From contig CAWFOU010000007.1 of assembly GCA_963817525.1 (NCBI GenBank), positions 992,001-1,056,000 of the forward strand: a DNA stretch of 64,000 bases. Direction: 5' to 3'. The position numbers and the translations under genes were made by a program. Source of the DNA: an uncultured archaeon. Its GTDB lineage: Archaea; Thermoproteota; Nitrososphaeria; Nitrososphaerales; Gagatemarchaeaceae. The notes beneath the pieces are model-generated. The model saw only the letters and a program-made list of their open reading frames with translations, was not told where the DNA came from and did not search any database. Of this stretch, positions 9,418 through 19,592 are shown one piece after another (positions within the stretch are counted from its first letter, which is position 1; each line of letters opens with the position of its first letter).

Positions 9418-9897
9418 TCAGAGCTCGTCGATGACACGGAATGGCACAGCCGGTTTTTGCCCGATTACCTCGACGACTTCTGTCCACACGACTTCCCTGA
9501 TGCCGTCCATCGCCTTCAGAATCTCCTGCATCTCCAGGATTTCCGAGTTGCCTTTCACCACCGTCTCCACCTTCAAGTCAATCGTCTGCTCCCCTATGCT
9601 CCTGCCGACGTAGACGACGTCGTCCCGCTTGAGAAGCTCTTCCGCAATCTCCGTGGTCTTTCCATGCTCTGTTGCAATCAGGAAGTCCACCTTCCGCCAG
9701 CCGAACTTCTCTAAGTCCATGGAATAAGTCACCTTGAGAAAGTCCGCCTCCAACCTTTTCCGTCTTCTTTGGACCGTCGTCGCAGGTATCCCCAGCTTCT
9801 TTGCTATCATCGCTGAGGTACGATGCCCATCAGGCGTAAGGATGATCTTCAACAGCTTTCGATCGACCCCAGACAACGACCCAGACCTCCTAGCCAT
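9418..9897 (-). CDS. Lrp/AsnC family transcriptional regulator
   Basis: DRKLLKIL..DGH..SAMIAKKLGIPATTVQRRRKRLE HTH followed by a RAM-like domain. Confidence 0.88.
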   Translation of the reverse strand: MARRSGSLSGVDRKLLKIILTPDGHRTSAMIAKKLGIPATTVQRRRKRLEADFLKVTYSMDLEKFGWRKVDFLIATEHGKTTEIAEELLKRDDVVYVGRSIGEQTIDLKVETVVKGNSEILEMQEILKAMDGIREVVWTEVVEVIGQKPAVPFRVIDEL

Positions 9898-10024
9898 TCA
9901 CACCAGTCCGTCCGGTGGCTTTTATGCCCGGAAAATATAAGTTAGATGGTCGAAACCTCTATTCTGAGGAGAGAAAAGTATAAATTAGTCAAAGCGTCTA
10001 ACGTCACAACTAGGTCGTGCGGTC

Positions 10025-10264
10025 TTGGAAGCCTCAAAGCAGGGGAATGACGCCTTGAGTGAAATCCTGAGGAGGTTCGATGATGCAGGATCAATGACAC
10101 TTCGCGATGCATACAGGGAGAACCCAACGCAACCTTGGACGGAGTTTATGAACACCGTGGACAGTCTGGTTTCCCAGGGCTTCTTGACTGCCAAGGGAGA
10201 CGGGTTCGTCGTCAAGTACTCCCTCACGAGCAAGGGCAGAAATACAATCGGCCTCGCTCGTTGA
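10025..10264 (+). CDS. Small winged-helix protein
   Basis: LVSQGFL....KYSLTSKG wing signature. Confidence 0.55.
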   Translation: MEASKQGNDALSEILRRFDDAGSMTLRDAYRENPTQPWTEFMNTVDSLVSQGFLTAKGDGFVVKYSLTSKGRNTIGLAR

Positions 10265-10371
10265 GCCAATCGCCTCGGGGAATTCCCGAAGGCTCCGTAA
10301 GAATCATGAGTGTCTGTGTCCCTTAGGACTCTAAGCACCCCTCTAAGTATGCGCGAGTCGTAAAGCACACC

Positions 10372-10506
10372 ATGTTGACCGAGCAAACGACCGGTCTTTG
10401 CGGCAGATGTGGAAAGGGCACTCACCTCGAGGGCCCGATTCGTGTCTGCAACGGCTGCGAGCGTGTCTCCAGCGCCTGCAGTTGCACTGCCTCCCGGGGG
10501 TGGTGA
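10372..10506 (+). CDS. 44-aa Cys-rich putative zinc-binding microprotein (not in ORF track)
   Basis: MLTEQTTGLCGRCGKGTHLEGPIRVCNGCERVSSACSCTASPGW: CxxC...CxxC...CxC. Confidence 0.5.
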   Translation: MLTEQTTGLCGRCGKGTHLEGPIRVCNGCERVSSACSCTASRGW

Positions 10507-10743
10507 TGAGAGGGCCAGAATCGCGCGCTAGGGCACTGCCACAAGAGACCCAACAAGAGTCGGGCCGTCATCCGCGCATGAGTATCACAGGATTCTCCTT
10601 AGACGAAGGTGGCATCGCCGGTTCTCTGAAGGCAGAGTTGCACAAATCGGAGGGCTCTCTGGGGGATTCGTTCCAAGGAAACACCAAGATTTCATAACAA
10701 TGTTCCATAACCTTGAAATAATGAACCCGCGTTCTACCCAGCT

Positions 10744-11031
10744 ATGAAGTACCGCAGCAGGACAGAAATCATCGAAGCATTGCTGCAGTCTGCGATGAAC
10801 GGCGCAACAAAGACGAGGCTGATGTACAGCGCATACCTCTCGTATGCGCAGGTCCAGGAGTACCTAAAGTTCCTCACTGGAAAGCAGCTTCTGTCGTTCA
10901 CAGAGGAGACGCAAGAGTACAAGCTCACCGAGCAAGGCCTTCACTTCCTCAGGACATACCGTGAGATCAGCGAAGTGGTTGCTCTTCCGGGAAGCAAGCC
11001 TGATAACGATGCGTACCCTTATGCGCGCTGA
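10744..11031 (+). CDS. Archaeal winged-helix regulator (HTH_45-like)
   Basis: RSRTEII..LL....GATKTRLMYSAYLSY..VQEYL..L....LL.......YKLTEQG. Confidence 0.88.
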   Translation: MKYRSRTEIIEALLQSAMNGATKTRLMYSAYLSYAQVQEYLKFLTGKQLLSFTEETQEYKLTEQGLHFLRTYREISEVVALPGSKPDNDAYPYAR

Positions 11032-11379
11032 ACGCTTAGAACGCCACGTTTCTTAGCGCTTGTGAAAAAAGTACCCGTTCATCTGTCATGATTTGACAGA
11101 TGAGCAGCGTCTTCCAGACCTACGCCAATCTGGGGCCCCGTATCTCCTCTGCTGGACGAAGAACATTCCGTGATGAGCATCGTCTGGTTGCTCGTGGTAT
11201 GGCTCTAGGGCAAGACAACCCGGATATCTGAGAAGGGGTGACTATCTTCCCTCGATCGTGCGTGCCCCATCCAACGCCTGAGTAGATCATCCGAAATCTT
11301 GGAAGTCTGCGCCCGCTGGAATAATCCACCGGTGCCATGACAGCATAGCAGATAAGCGATGATGGGATAGGAGATAGCG

Positions 11380-11529
11380 TTGGAGAACGAGGAGCCGGAT
11401 CTTATCACTTGCGATGAATGCTCCGCGGTGTTCAAGACTCCAATCGAGTTGGAGAATCACAAAGCGAGGCGACACGTCATTCCTGAACAGCCAGAGGCGG
11501 CGGTTATGCCAGGCTCGCATGAGGATTGA
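11380..11529 (+). CDS. 49-aa C2H2 zinc-finger microprotein (not in ORF track)
   Basis: TTG start after AGGAG; CDECSAVFKTPIELENHKARRH = C-x2-C-x3-F-x5-L-x2-H-x4-H. Confidence 0.7.
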   Translation: MENEEPDLITCDECSAVFKTPIELENHKARRHVIPEQPEAAVMPGSHED

Positions 11530-11747
11530 AATCGAACACTGCAAGAAATCTCGCCATACGCCCGATCAGCTAGCTAGGGCGCCACGGAGCCACCGGTGTA
11601 ATCTCTGCACCCCGCGACTGAACTCCGAGTCAGCGGAAGTTGCGATTCCTAACAATCGCAGGCGAGATTCTTCGCTAACCCTCTTTATGCCAGAAAGCCA
11701 TTTGCTCCCGGTTTGACCTTTTTGGAGGGCCCGGAATTGATTAGCGA

Positions 11748-12788
11748 ATGAAGACAAAAAGGCGAATGAGGACAAAAAGGGCAATGCTGATCATAAATCC
11801 GATGGCTGGGCTGGGGAAGAGAAAGCAGACTCGGGGTGCAAGCAGGGCCGAAGTCGCAGGCGCGGTCGGTGGCCACAAGGAGCCCGCTGAGGAGGTCATC
11901 GAGGCGGTGGCAGAGGAATGCGCACGAGCCAGGATGAAGCTGGACGTGGAATTCACAAAATATCCTCAACACGGGATGGAGATTGCTAAACGAGCGAGGG
12001 GTAGGTACGACTTGGTCATCGCCGCTGGGGGCGACGGGACGATAAACGAAGTCATCAACGGAATCGCCAACTCCCGAACGATATTGGCGATAATCCCGAT
12101 CGGCACGGTCAACGTCCTCGCCTTGGAACTCGGGATACCCCTGAACGTAAAGGAAGCATCTCGGTTGATCATGGATGGACAGACTGTGGCGATCGACCTC
12201 GGCTATGCGGAGACGATGGATGAGTCAAGATACTTTTCCTTAGCTCTCGGTGTCGGTCTTGATGCGCTCGTGATGAAGGACACGACCTTAGAGTTAAGGA
12301 GAAAGTGGGGGGGCCTCGGCTATTTGATGACCGGAACCAAGCAGCTCATGACCTACAAATGGCCAAGAATCAGCATCAATCACTCGGTCACCTCAACTGG
12401 GTATTTCGTTATTGTAGCCAACTCTAAACACGTCTGGGGCGATCACCAGCTGGCGGACGACGCCAGTATGACAGATGGCCTGCTGGACCTTGTGGTAATC
12501 AACAGGAAAGTCTTGAGTGCAGTAGACCTGCTACTCACCTTCTCAAAGGGAAGACTCAACAGATACCTCCGGAAGGAATGCTATCAAGTGAGGCGGGTAG
12601 AAATCACCGCCGAGAGCGAGGTCGTCGTCCAGGCTGACGGCGAGATAATCGGGAGAGCGCCGCTCAAGGTCTCGGTAGTACCAAAGGCCTTGAGAGTCAT
12701 CGCGAACAATGGGATTCAGATAGAGGGCCTGGATTCCCGTGAGAATCGCCAGGAAGGGAGCGTCCCAATTCCTGCTTTGGAGGCATAA
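11748..12788 (+). CDS. Diacylglycerol kinase family (YegS-like) lipid kinase
   Basis: IINPMAG, AAGGDGTINEVING, IPIGTVN, DGLLD, QADGE. Confidence 0.92.
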   Translation: MKTKRRMRTKRAMLIINPMAGLGKRKQTRGASRAEVAGAVGGHKEPAEEVIEAVAEECARARMKLDVEFTKYPQHGMEIAKRARGRYDLVIAAGGDGTINEVINGIANSRTILAIIPIGTVNVLALELGIPLNVKEASRLIMDGQTVAIDLGYAETMDESRYFSLALGVGLDALVMKDTTLELRRKWGGLGYLMTGTKQLMTYKWPRISINHSVTSTGYFVIVANSKHVWGDHQLADDASMTDGLLDLVVINRKVLSAVDLLLTFSKGRLNRYLRKECYQVRRVEITAESEVVVQADGEIIGRAPLKVSVVPKALRVIANNGIQIEGLDSRENRQEGSVPIPALEA

Positions 12789-13422
12789 TCTTCCCGGACA
12801 CTTTGAACCAACCGGACGCGAGGTGTGAGAGCACGCCGACAGACAGATTCTTTGAACCCTCTGCGCGAGTCGTCCTTGCTTTGATGGCGTCCCTGAGCTC
12901 GCCGTCAAACACAGTATAGGCCTTGCCGATGTCGAGCAAGATGTGTGCATCGCTCGAGCCAACTGCAGCTACGGGTAATTGCATCGCTATCCTTGCTGCG
13001 GCGTCGTTTGAGGAGTCAGGAGTTCTAGAATTGATCGTCTCGATCGCGTCGATCTTTCCGACGAGACTATCTAGAGGATACCTGAACGTCTGCATCGGCC
13101 TGAATGGGTGAGGTATGACGACAAGACCGTCTTGGCTCTTTATGTCAGCGATGACTTTCAACAGGTCTCTCTCTCTGACTTCCTCCTCGATGAAGAGCGC
13201 TATCACATCTCCCTTGTCCGTGGTGACCTCCTCGCCTATGATCACCTCAAAATCCTTGTCTTTGTTGAGTTCCTTCGTCACAAGCGCGCCTTCGATTGTG
13301 TGATGGTCGGTGATAGCGATCCCATTCAATCCGGCGCGCTTCGCATCGTGTAGGAGGTCCGCAGGTTTGTTTCTGCTGTCCGGGGAAAAAATGGTGTGCA
13401 TGTGCAGGTCGAATCGTTTCAT
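12697..13422 (-). CDS. PHP-domain phosphoesterase
   Basis: DLHMHT, AITDH, GEE, PHPF, SSDAH; likely ATG 13422; 3' end overlaps the lipid kinase. Confidence 0.88.
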   Translation of the reverse strand: MKRFDLHMHTIFSPDSRNKPADLLHDAKRAGLNGIAITDHHTIEGALVTKELNKDKDFEVIIGEEVTTDKGDVIALFIEEEVRERDLLKVIADIKSQDGLVVIPHPFRPMQTFRYPLDSLVGKIDAIETINSRTPDSSNDAAARIAMQLPVAAVGSSDAHILLDIGKAYTVFDGELRDAIKARTTRAEGSKNLSVGVLSHLASGWFKVSGKIMPPKQELGRSLPGDSHGNPGPLSESHCSR

Positions 13423-13630
13423 CTTCACTCCCCTGTCGCCCGTGTTCCTCATCTCGAGTCGCAATTTAAGCCTGGCAAACCTTGCCTTCAGAGGAATGTA
13501 TATTCAGGAACGGACATCGTGCAGCCCGAAGGAGGTGGTTCTACCGGACTGGACGACCGGCCCGAAGCCCCGCCTGCCTAATTTTCCGGGAGTTGAACAA
13601 CGCGCGGTCTGCGCGAAAACTCGACGAGCG

Positions 13631-14227
13631 CTAGCGACGTCGGCCCTTCTTTCGCTTCTCGGCCGCCTTGCCGTCTGACTTTGGCAGCGCCGACATTATG
13701 AGGTCCTTCGCATACTTCGCGTCCTGCCACTTGCCTATCTTCACGAACTTGTTGGGCTCCGACTCCTTGTAGTGGCTGAAGAAGTGCTCGATCTGCTTGC
13801 GCGTGAACTCGGGAATCTGCATGATGGTGTCGACGTGCGAGTAGATGGGGTCGATGTGCCTCTCGGGGACGGTGACCAGCTTGGCGTCAGGCCCGCCCTC
13901 GTCCTCCATAAGGAGCACTCCTATCGGTCTCGCTCGAATGACAGACATCGGGAACACAGGCTCCTCCGTGATAACCAGCGCGTCGAGCGGGTCGCCGTCG
14001 GCCCCCTTCGTGCGCGGGATGAAACCGTAGTTGAAGGGATAGTGGGTGGAGGTGTAGAGGAACCTGTCCACGAAGACGAACCCGGTCTTCTCGTCTATCT
14101 CATACTTGACGTCGCTCCCCCTGGGGATCTCTATCACGACGTTGACCTTGTTGGGCACGTCGTCCCCGGCGTCCAGTTCGCGATGCAAGCCAATCCCTCC
14201 GCTGTCTGGCCTGATAGGCCCGCGCAC
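13631..14227 (-). CDS. ppa: Family I inorganic pyrophosphatase
   Basis: IEIP, KYE, DR, YPFNYG, DGDPLD, HYKE. Confidence 0.95.
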   Translation of the reverse strand: MRGPIRPDSGGIGLHRELDAGDDVPNKVNVVIEIPRGSDVKYEIDEKTGFVFVDRFLYTSTHYPFNYGFIPRTKGADGDPLDALVITEEPVFPMSVIRARPIGVLLMEDEGGPDAKLVTVPERHIDPIYSHVDTIMQIPEFTRKQIEHFFSHYKESEPNKFVKIGKWQDAKYAKDLIMSALPKSDGKAAEKRKKGRRR

Positions 14228-14237
14228 TCTTTAAGGC

Positions 14238-14696
14238 TTGGTCGAAATTCCGCGAATTGCTCCGTCGAGGGACGAAGGGAGCCAAGGCTTATTTCGGGGA
14301 CGTGCAGGCGCCGAACCCGTGTCAGCACAACCTGAGCCCAGCGCGCCTCCTGCTCCCGTCGCGCCTCCGAAGGTCCCCTTCCAGGCCTTCGCCCAGCTCG
14401 AGATCAGGGTTGGGAGGATACTCACCGTGGACGACATCCCCATCGCGAGGAAGCCGCTCTACAAGTTCACCATAGACTTCGGACCTATCGGGGTCAAGCA
14501 GTGCGCCGGGGGGATCAAAGCGTTCTACACCAAGGAGCAGCTCGTGGGGAAGCAGGTGGTCGCCATCCTCAACTTCGAGCCGAAGCCCATAGCGGGGGTC
14601 GTCTCGGAGTGCATGATGCTCACATCGTTCACTGACACCGACCTCTCGCTCCTCCAGCCGGACAAGGAGATGCCGCTCGGGACGAAGGTAGCATAA
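14238..14696 (+). CDS. tRNA-binding OB-fold protein (CsaA/Trbp111 family)
   Basis: F..LEIRVGRI, YKFTIDFG, LVGKQV, NFEPKPIAGVVSECM; true start uncertain. Confidence 0.85.
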   Translation: MVEIPRIAPSRDEGSQGLFRGRAGAEPVSAQPEPSAPPAPVAPPKVPFQAFAQLEIRVGRILTVDDIPIARKPLYKFTIDFGPIGVKQCAGGIKAFYTKEQLVGKQVVAILNFEPKPIAGVVSECMMLTSFTDTDLSLLQPDKEMPLGTKVA

Positions 14697-14742
14697 CTGC
14701 GTCGTCACACTTTTAACCGGTAAGTTTCTCGACCGCAACTGC

Positions 14743-14858
14743 GCGGTCGTTGTCTAGCCTGGTAGGACATCAAGCCCATCAGGGCGTGTAGGCTTGCCAA
14801 GCTGGTAATCCCTGTCAAAAAGGGACCAGACGCCCGGGTTCAAATCCCGGCGACCGCA
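14743..14858 (+). tRNA. tRNA-Gly(GCC) with two non-canonical introns (29/30, 19 nt; 45/46, 24 nt)
   Basis: GCGGTCG/CGACCGC acceptor, TT-GCC-AA loop, TTCAAAT T-loop; both introns have a 4-bp helix with two 3-nt bulges; mature length 73 nt. Confidence 0.9.
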
Positions 14859-14922
14859 TACCTAATCCTCTCTCTTCGTCCAAACCGCTCTCGTTAAGTA
14901 TCGCCCGCTCACGGACGGTTCC

Positions 14923-15336
14923 GTGGCTGGCCTCCTCGAGGTTCTGATGCCCTACACATCCTACCTCGCGCTCGTCTTGCGAGTTTGGCTCGGTGGTACC
15001 CTGATGATCCACGGGCGCCCCAAGCTCAACAAACAGAACCGGGAGCAGTCGGTCAAGAATTTGGGGACACCAGCAGTCGCGGTCTTCTTGGGGATGGTCA
15101 TCGAATTCTTCGGAGGTCTCTTCCTCGTCATCGGATTCATGGTGCCGGTCGTGGGGGCGATATTGGCAATCTACTTCGGCAACATCATCGCCTTCAAGAA
15201 GACCAAGCAGAAGGCGGTCTACGTCGGATACGGCAAGCCCAACTTTGAGTTGGAGGTTTTCTTTTTGATGGCCGCCCTGGTCCTGATCTTTCTCGGAGCT
15301 GGCGCCCTCTCGTTGGACGGCCTCCTCGGGCTTTAG
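14923..15336 (+). CDS. DoxX family membrane protein
   Basis: LVLRVWLG..MIHG.PK, IEFFGGLFLVIG, GAGALSLD. Confidence 0.88.
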   Translation: MAGLLEVLMPYTSYLALVLRVWLGGTLMIHGRPKLNKQNREQSVKNLGTPAVAVFLGMVIEFFGGLFLVIGFMVPVVGAILAIYFGNIIAFKKTKQKAVYVGYGKPNFELEVFFLMAALVLIFLGAGALSLDGLLGL

Positions 15337-15735
15337 CTCGACGGAAATGGTTCGCCGACGTCGAGTTTACGCTTATAGACGCTTGGTCGTTCCCTCCCAC
15401 TCTTCTCGCAAGAGTTTGAAAACCCTCTCACAGTCAGAATGACAGTCGGTCTCTCAATCAGACGAACTCACAACTAACCTTCAATCGCCAGTAGGCTACC
15501 CTGTTCCAGTCATATGACTTGACATGTTCTCGGTCCTAACCGCAGTAATTTTTCTCAGAATTTTTTGCAGCAGTTAACGGGCCTCCTACCGTCAATCCTA
15601 CCATCAAAGGGCACAGCCTCCGGAAGAGAGCGCGCGCGCATACCTAATCCTCTCCCATTCCTACGTACGCTATGGAGCAGAATAGAAACCACTTCTGGGC
15701 CCGTTATATATCGGGCCCGCTACTATGCGGGTGTA

Positions 15736-18700
15736 TTGCTTCCCTCGAGATACCTCCTCATACCTCTCCTGGGATTCCTTCTGTTCTTCTCTCCTCTAAG
15801 CGCGTTCGCTCTGTCTCCGGCTGCTCGAGGCACCGCGCCGTCTGCGGCAGGAACCGCCATGACCCCTGCCCTAGCTTCTGTTAAGATGGCCGCCGAACCC
15901 GCGGCCGCTAACTCGACGACCGACCCCTGGGAGCAGTCTATGCTCCAGAATCCCCCGGCAGGCACTGGATGCTTCGTGTCCAGCCCTGGCGGAGGCGGCT
16001 GGCAGCCCGCCCCCTGTGGGACCGCCTCCGACGCACCCAACATGCCGCCGGCCGGGTCCTCCGCCGACGAGGTGGGCAACACGGACGACGAGGTGGCCAC
16101 CTCCTCAGGACCAATAATCGGGAGCTCGATTGGGACGTTCCCCGCCATCGACGGGCTGACCAGCGAGGTGGGCGGGACTGGGGCCCCGGCATTCCCGGGT
16201 AGCACCTGCCTGACAGGGGACGGCACCCCCAACTGCTACTCTCTCCAGCTCAACACCCAGACCTTCTCCTGCAACACGCCCTGGACCGGAGGGGTCACCA
16301 CCACCTGCTGGGAGCAGTTCGTCTCCAGCGACTCGGGCGAGCTCTACATCCAGTATTGGGTGCTCGGCTACTGCCACGACTCGGGAGGTTCAAACTGCGG
16401 CGACTCGTCTCCTTTCAACGCAACGAATCCTGCACCAAGCTTCTCGTGCCCCTCGATGAGCATCCCGAGCGGCTCCGGGTGGATGATGAGCGGGGGCGAC
16501 TGCTACGCCAACAGCGCCATGACCAGCCCTCCCACCACCGCTGCGACCAGCCTTGGGACGCTGACCCTCTCGGGGTTTGCCAACTACATGAGTAGCGGAA
16601 ACGACGTCATCATGCTGTGCATCTCGGGAGGGAGCTGCTACTCTGTGACCATCCAGGACAACATCGTGAACCTCTTCGAGAACTGGCACGACTCGGAGTT
16701 CAACGTCTTCGGTGACGCGAGCGGGTCGCAGGCGGTCTTCAACGCAGGGACCACGATCCTCGTGTCGAACCAGATAACGGACGAGAGCGGTGACTCGATT
16801 CCCGCAAGTTGCAACAACACCGGGTATACGGGAGAGTCGAACAACCTCTTCCTCGGCTCTTGTACCGGCGACAGTGGAGGGATCACCTTCGTAGAGTCGA
16901 GCCAGACGTTCAACTTTGCCGGCACCCAGACAGACAGCACGGTACTGGCGAGCGGACTCGCAACGTTCGCGGTCAGTCTGGACCTCACCAATGGCCCCGG
17001 TTCCCCGGTCGGGCTGAGCGTGATCGCCGGTCTTCCTTCAGGCGCGACCGCCTCCTTCTCGCCTAACACCGTCACGCCGTCGGGAGGGTCGACTCTAATG
17101 ATCACCACGACCCCTTCGGTCGCCCTCGGGGACTTCGCGCTGACGATCGAAGGGACGTTCGAGCTCTATACCGTCACCACCAGCGTCAACCTCCACGTCT
17201 ACGACTTTGGCGTGACTCTGTCGAGCGACGACACGGTCCTTAGGGGGACTTCGGCGATATACACGGTGGCGCTGACGCTACTACCGGGCTCTTCGACGAC
17301 AGGGGTTCCCGCCATGACCCTCTCGGTCTCGGGGGCGCCGTCTGACTCGACCACCAGCTTCAGCGCGGCCACCGAGACCCCCACGGATTCAGGCTGTAGT
17401 CTCTCGACGCTCGAGGACTGCCAGTACCTGACGGTCGCGACCAACGGTTCTCCATCGGGCTCTCTCGGCGACTACTCCCTCAGCGTGTCGGCGGTCAACT
17501 CCGGCCTCAGCGGGGGCCCGCGGTCTGCGACCACCGGCCTCAACATCTACGACTTCAACGTGGGGCTCTCTCCCGGGTCTGCCACCATCCCTCTGGGCGC
17601 CTCGACCTCGTACACCGTGACGTTGACGCTGGCTCCAGGCTCGTCAGCCCCTCCGGCGATTTCGCTCACCTCATCAGGCCTGCCGAGCGGCTCGACCTCC
17701 AACTTGTCCCCGAACACCGTCACCCCGACTTTGGCGGGCGCTACCTCGACTCTGACGGTCAACACGTTCCGCGGGTCGCCTGGTCCGACCGCGCTCGGTG
17801 ACTTCGCGCCGACCATCCAGGGGACGGACAACGTTGACCTGAGCAGCGGTTCTCGGTCCGGCTCTGCCGGCCTCCACATCTTCGATTACACGGTCAGCCT
17901 CACGCCTTCGAGCGCCACCCTCTTCTCTGGCTCTTCCACGATGATGTCAGTCGGCGTGGGACTCGTGCCGGGCTCGACGACCGTCGGGCTACCGAGCGTC
18001 AGCACGACCCTCACGGGCCTGCCGAGCGGCGTGACGATCAGCGGCTTTCCCTCCTCTCTCGGGATAGGCTCGAGCCAAACCTTCACCCTCTCGACCATCG
18101 CCACGGGGGGCTACGTCTCATGCCCGCAAGTCTCGAGCCACGGGGGACAGAACCTCAAAGACGCTGACCTCGCCCACTGCGACCTCGCCGGCTACAACCT
18201 GGGTGGGGACAATCTCCAGGGTGCGAACCTGATGTTCTCCGACCTCCAGAACGCGAACCTCGGGGGCTGTAACCTCCAAGGAGCCGACCTCGCCAGCGCC
18301 TTCACCTTGGGTGCCAATTTCCAGGGCACCAATATGGCGGGGGTCGACCTCTCCTCGGCTTCCAGCATCGAGACGGGGACGTTCACCCTGACCGCCACGG
18401 GGATGGTTCATGGCCAGTCGAGGAGCGGCACGGCGACACTCACAGTCTACGGCGACGACCTGAACGGGGGCGACTTCCAAGGAGCTAATCTTTCCGGGGC
18501 GAACCTCGCAGGCGACTTGGCGATGAACGCGAACTTCCAGGGCACCAACATGCAGCAGACCAACCTCTCGGGCGCGGTGTTCAGCGGCTCGTCCTTCCAA
18601 GGGGTCAACCTCCAAGGAGCCGACCTCGCCGGCGACCTGGTCACGAACGCTAACTTCCAGGGCACCAACATGCAGCAGACCAACCTCTCGGGAGGGACTT

Positions 18701-18846
18701 TCGCCGGTTCGACCTTCCAGGGGTCAAACCTGAGCAACAGCAACATGTCAAACGGCGACTTCAACAGCTGCGATTTCCAGGGCACTAACACCCGAGGAGC
18801 CAACATCACAGGAGCCACATTCGTGGGCGCGATCGACGCGCCGTAG
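15736..18846 (+). CDS. Large secreted protein: thermopsin-like domain, four Ig-like repeats, pentapeptide repeats
   Basis: Likely TTG 15736 (TTATATA upstream, signal peptide follows); CYSLQLNT, CWEQFV, DSEFNVFG, TGESNNL; repeats beginning YDF.V.LS; FQGANL/ADL pentapeptides. Confidence 0.8.
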   Translation: MLPSRYLLIPLLGFLLFFSPLSAFALSPAARGTAPSAAGTAMTPALASVKMAAEPAAANSTTDPWEQSMLQNPPAGTGCFVSSPGGGGWQPAPCGTASDAPNMPPAGSSADEVGNTDDEVATSSGPIIGSSIGTFPAIDGLTSEVGGTGAPAFPGSTCLTGDGTPNCYSLQLNTQTFSCNTPWTGGVTTTCWEQFVSSDSGELYIQYWVLGYCHDSGGSNCGDSSPFNATNPAPSFSCPSMSIPSGSGWMMSGGDCYANSAMTSPPTTAATSLGTLTLSGFANYMSSGNDVIMLCISGGSCYSVTIQDNIVNLFENWHDSEFNVFGDASGSQAVFNAGTTILVSNQITDESGDSIPASCNNTGYTGESNNLFLGSCTGDSGGITFVESSQTFNFAGTQTDSTVLASGLATFAVSLDLTNGPGSPVGLSVIAGLPSGATASFSPNTVTPSGGSTLMITTTPSVALGDFALTIEGTFELYTVTTSVNLHVYDFGVTLSSDDTVLRGTSAIYTVALTLLPGSSTTGVPAMTLSVSGAPSDSTTSFSAATETPTDSGCSLSTLEDCQYLTVATNGSPSGSLGDYSLSVSAVNSGLSGGPRSATTGLNIYDFNVGLSPGSATIPLGASTSYTVTLTLAPGSSAPPAISLTSSGLPSGSTSNLSPNTVTPTLAGATSTLTVNTFRGSPGPTALGDFAPTIQGTDNVDLSSGSRSGSAGLHIFDYTVSLTPSSATLFSGSSTMMSVGVGLVPGSTTVGLPSVSTTLTGLPSGVTISGFPSSLGIGSSQTFTLSTIATGGYVSCPQVSSHGGQNLKDADLAHCDLAGYNLGGDNLQGANLMFSDLQNANLGGCNLQGADLASAFTLGANFQGTNMAGVDLSSASSIETGTFTLTATGMVHGQSRSGTATLTVYGDDLNGGDFQGANLSGANLAGDLAMNANFQGTNMQQTNLSGAVFSGSSFQGVNLQGADLAGDLVTNANFQGTNMQQTNLSGGTFAGSTFQGSNLSNSNMSNGDFNSCDFQGTNTRGANITGATFVGAIDAP

Positions 18847-18847
18847 C

Positions 18848-19405
18848 CTATCCAGACGCCTGGGGCGGCGCTTCGAGGGTCCCGACTATGAACGAGCCAG
18901 CGCCGACGGTGCTGCAGTACGCCCACCCTGCCTCGGCCGCGGGCGACCCCCGGAGCTCCCAGAGGCAGTTGGCCCATAAAGGTGCGGTGGAGTTGGTAAA
19001 GGGATAGAATGTGGCCACGGTGAAACTCTCGGTCGCCGTCACTTGCACGGTCTGGATGCACCCCTGCTCGGTCCGGGCCTGACTCTGGCAAGGGAAGACG
19101 TATGCGTTCGCCGAACTGCCGCCCCAGCAGGGCGCGGGCGCTCCTCCCGCGGTGCATCCCCCCGTGGCCTCGAGGTATGCATAGGCCTGGGAGGAAGAAG
19201 GATTGGCGATCGAGGTGGAACTCGATACCTCCGAAGTCGTGCCCAAGCCGCTGCTAACGGCCGTGCTGGTGGGCGTACCACTCGAGGTGGTCGTCGCGGA
19301 AGGCACCAACGCCAGGACCGCATAGAAGGTGATCGCTATCACCACGATGACTACGGCGATGCCGATAATTCGCGTTGCCACGCCCGCTCTCTCTTCCGTC
19401 CTCAT
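18848..19405 (-). CDS. Membrane-anchored extracellular Cys-rich protein (partner family 1)
   Basis: TM plus S/T linker plus NAYVFPCQSQARTEQGC...FYPFTNST..WANC; homolog of 1342..1926. Confidence 0.78.
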   Translation of the reverse strand: MRTEERAGVATRIIGIAVVIVVIAITFYAVLALVPSATTTSSGTPTSTAVSSGLGTTSEVSSSTSIANPSSSQAYAYLEATGGCTAGGAPAPCWGGSSANAYVFPCQSQARTEQGCIQTVQVTATESFTVATFYPFTNSTAPLWANCLWELRGSPAAEAGWAYCSTVGAGSFIVGTLEAPPQASG

Positions 19406-19592
19406 GGCCTATCGCAGGGGGATTTGGCACGCAACAATATAGTCCTAACATCTAGAACAGCGAAGCGAACGCCCGGAGCATCGCGGAGGCGGCTGCGACT
19501 CAGGCCTTCCGGCGACCTATCTGTCCCGCCTCTCTTCTCTTGCTTCTCTGACAACTCGATTGCCCCTTCGAAGCTGAGGAGACCCCCATTGT

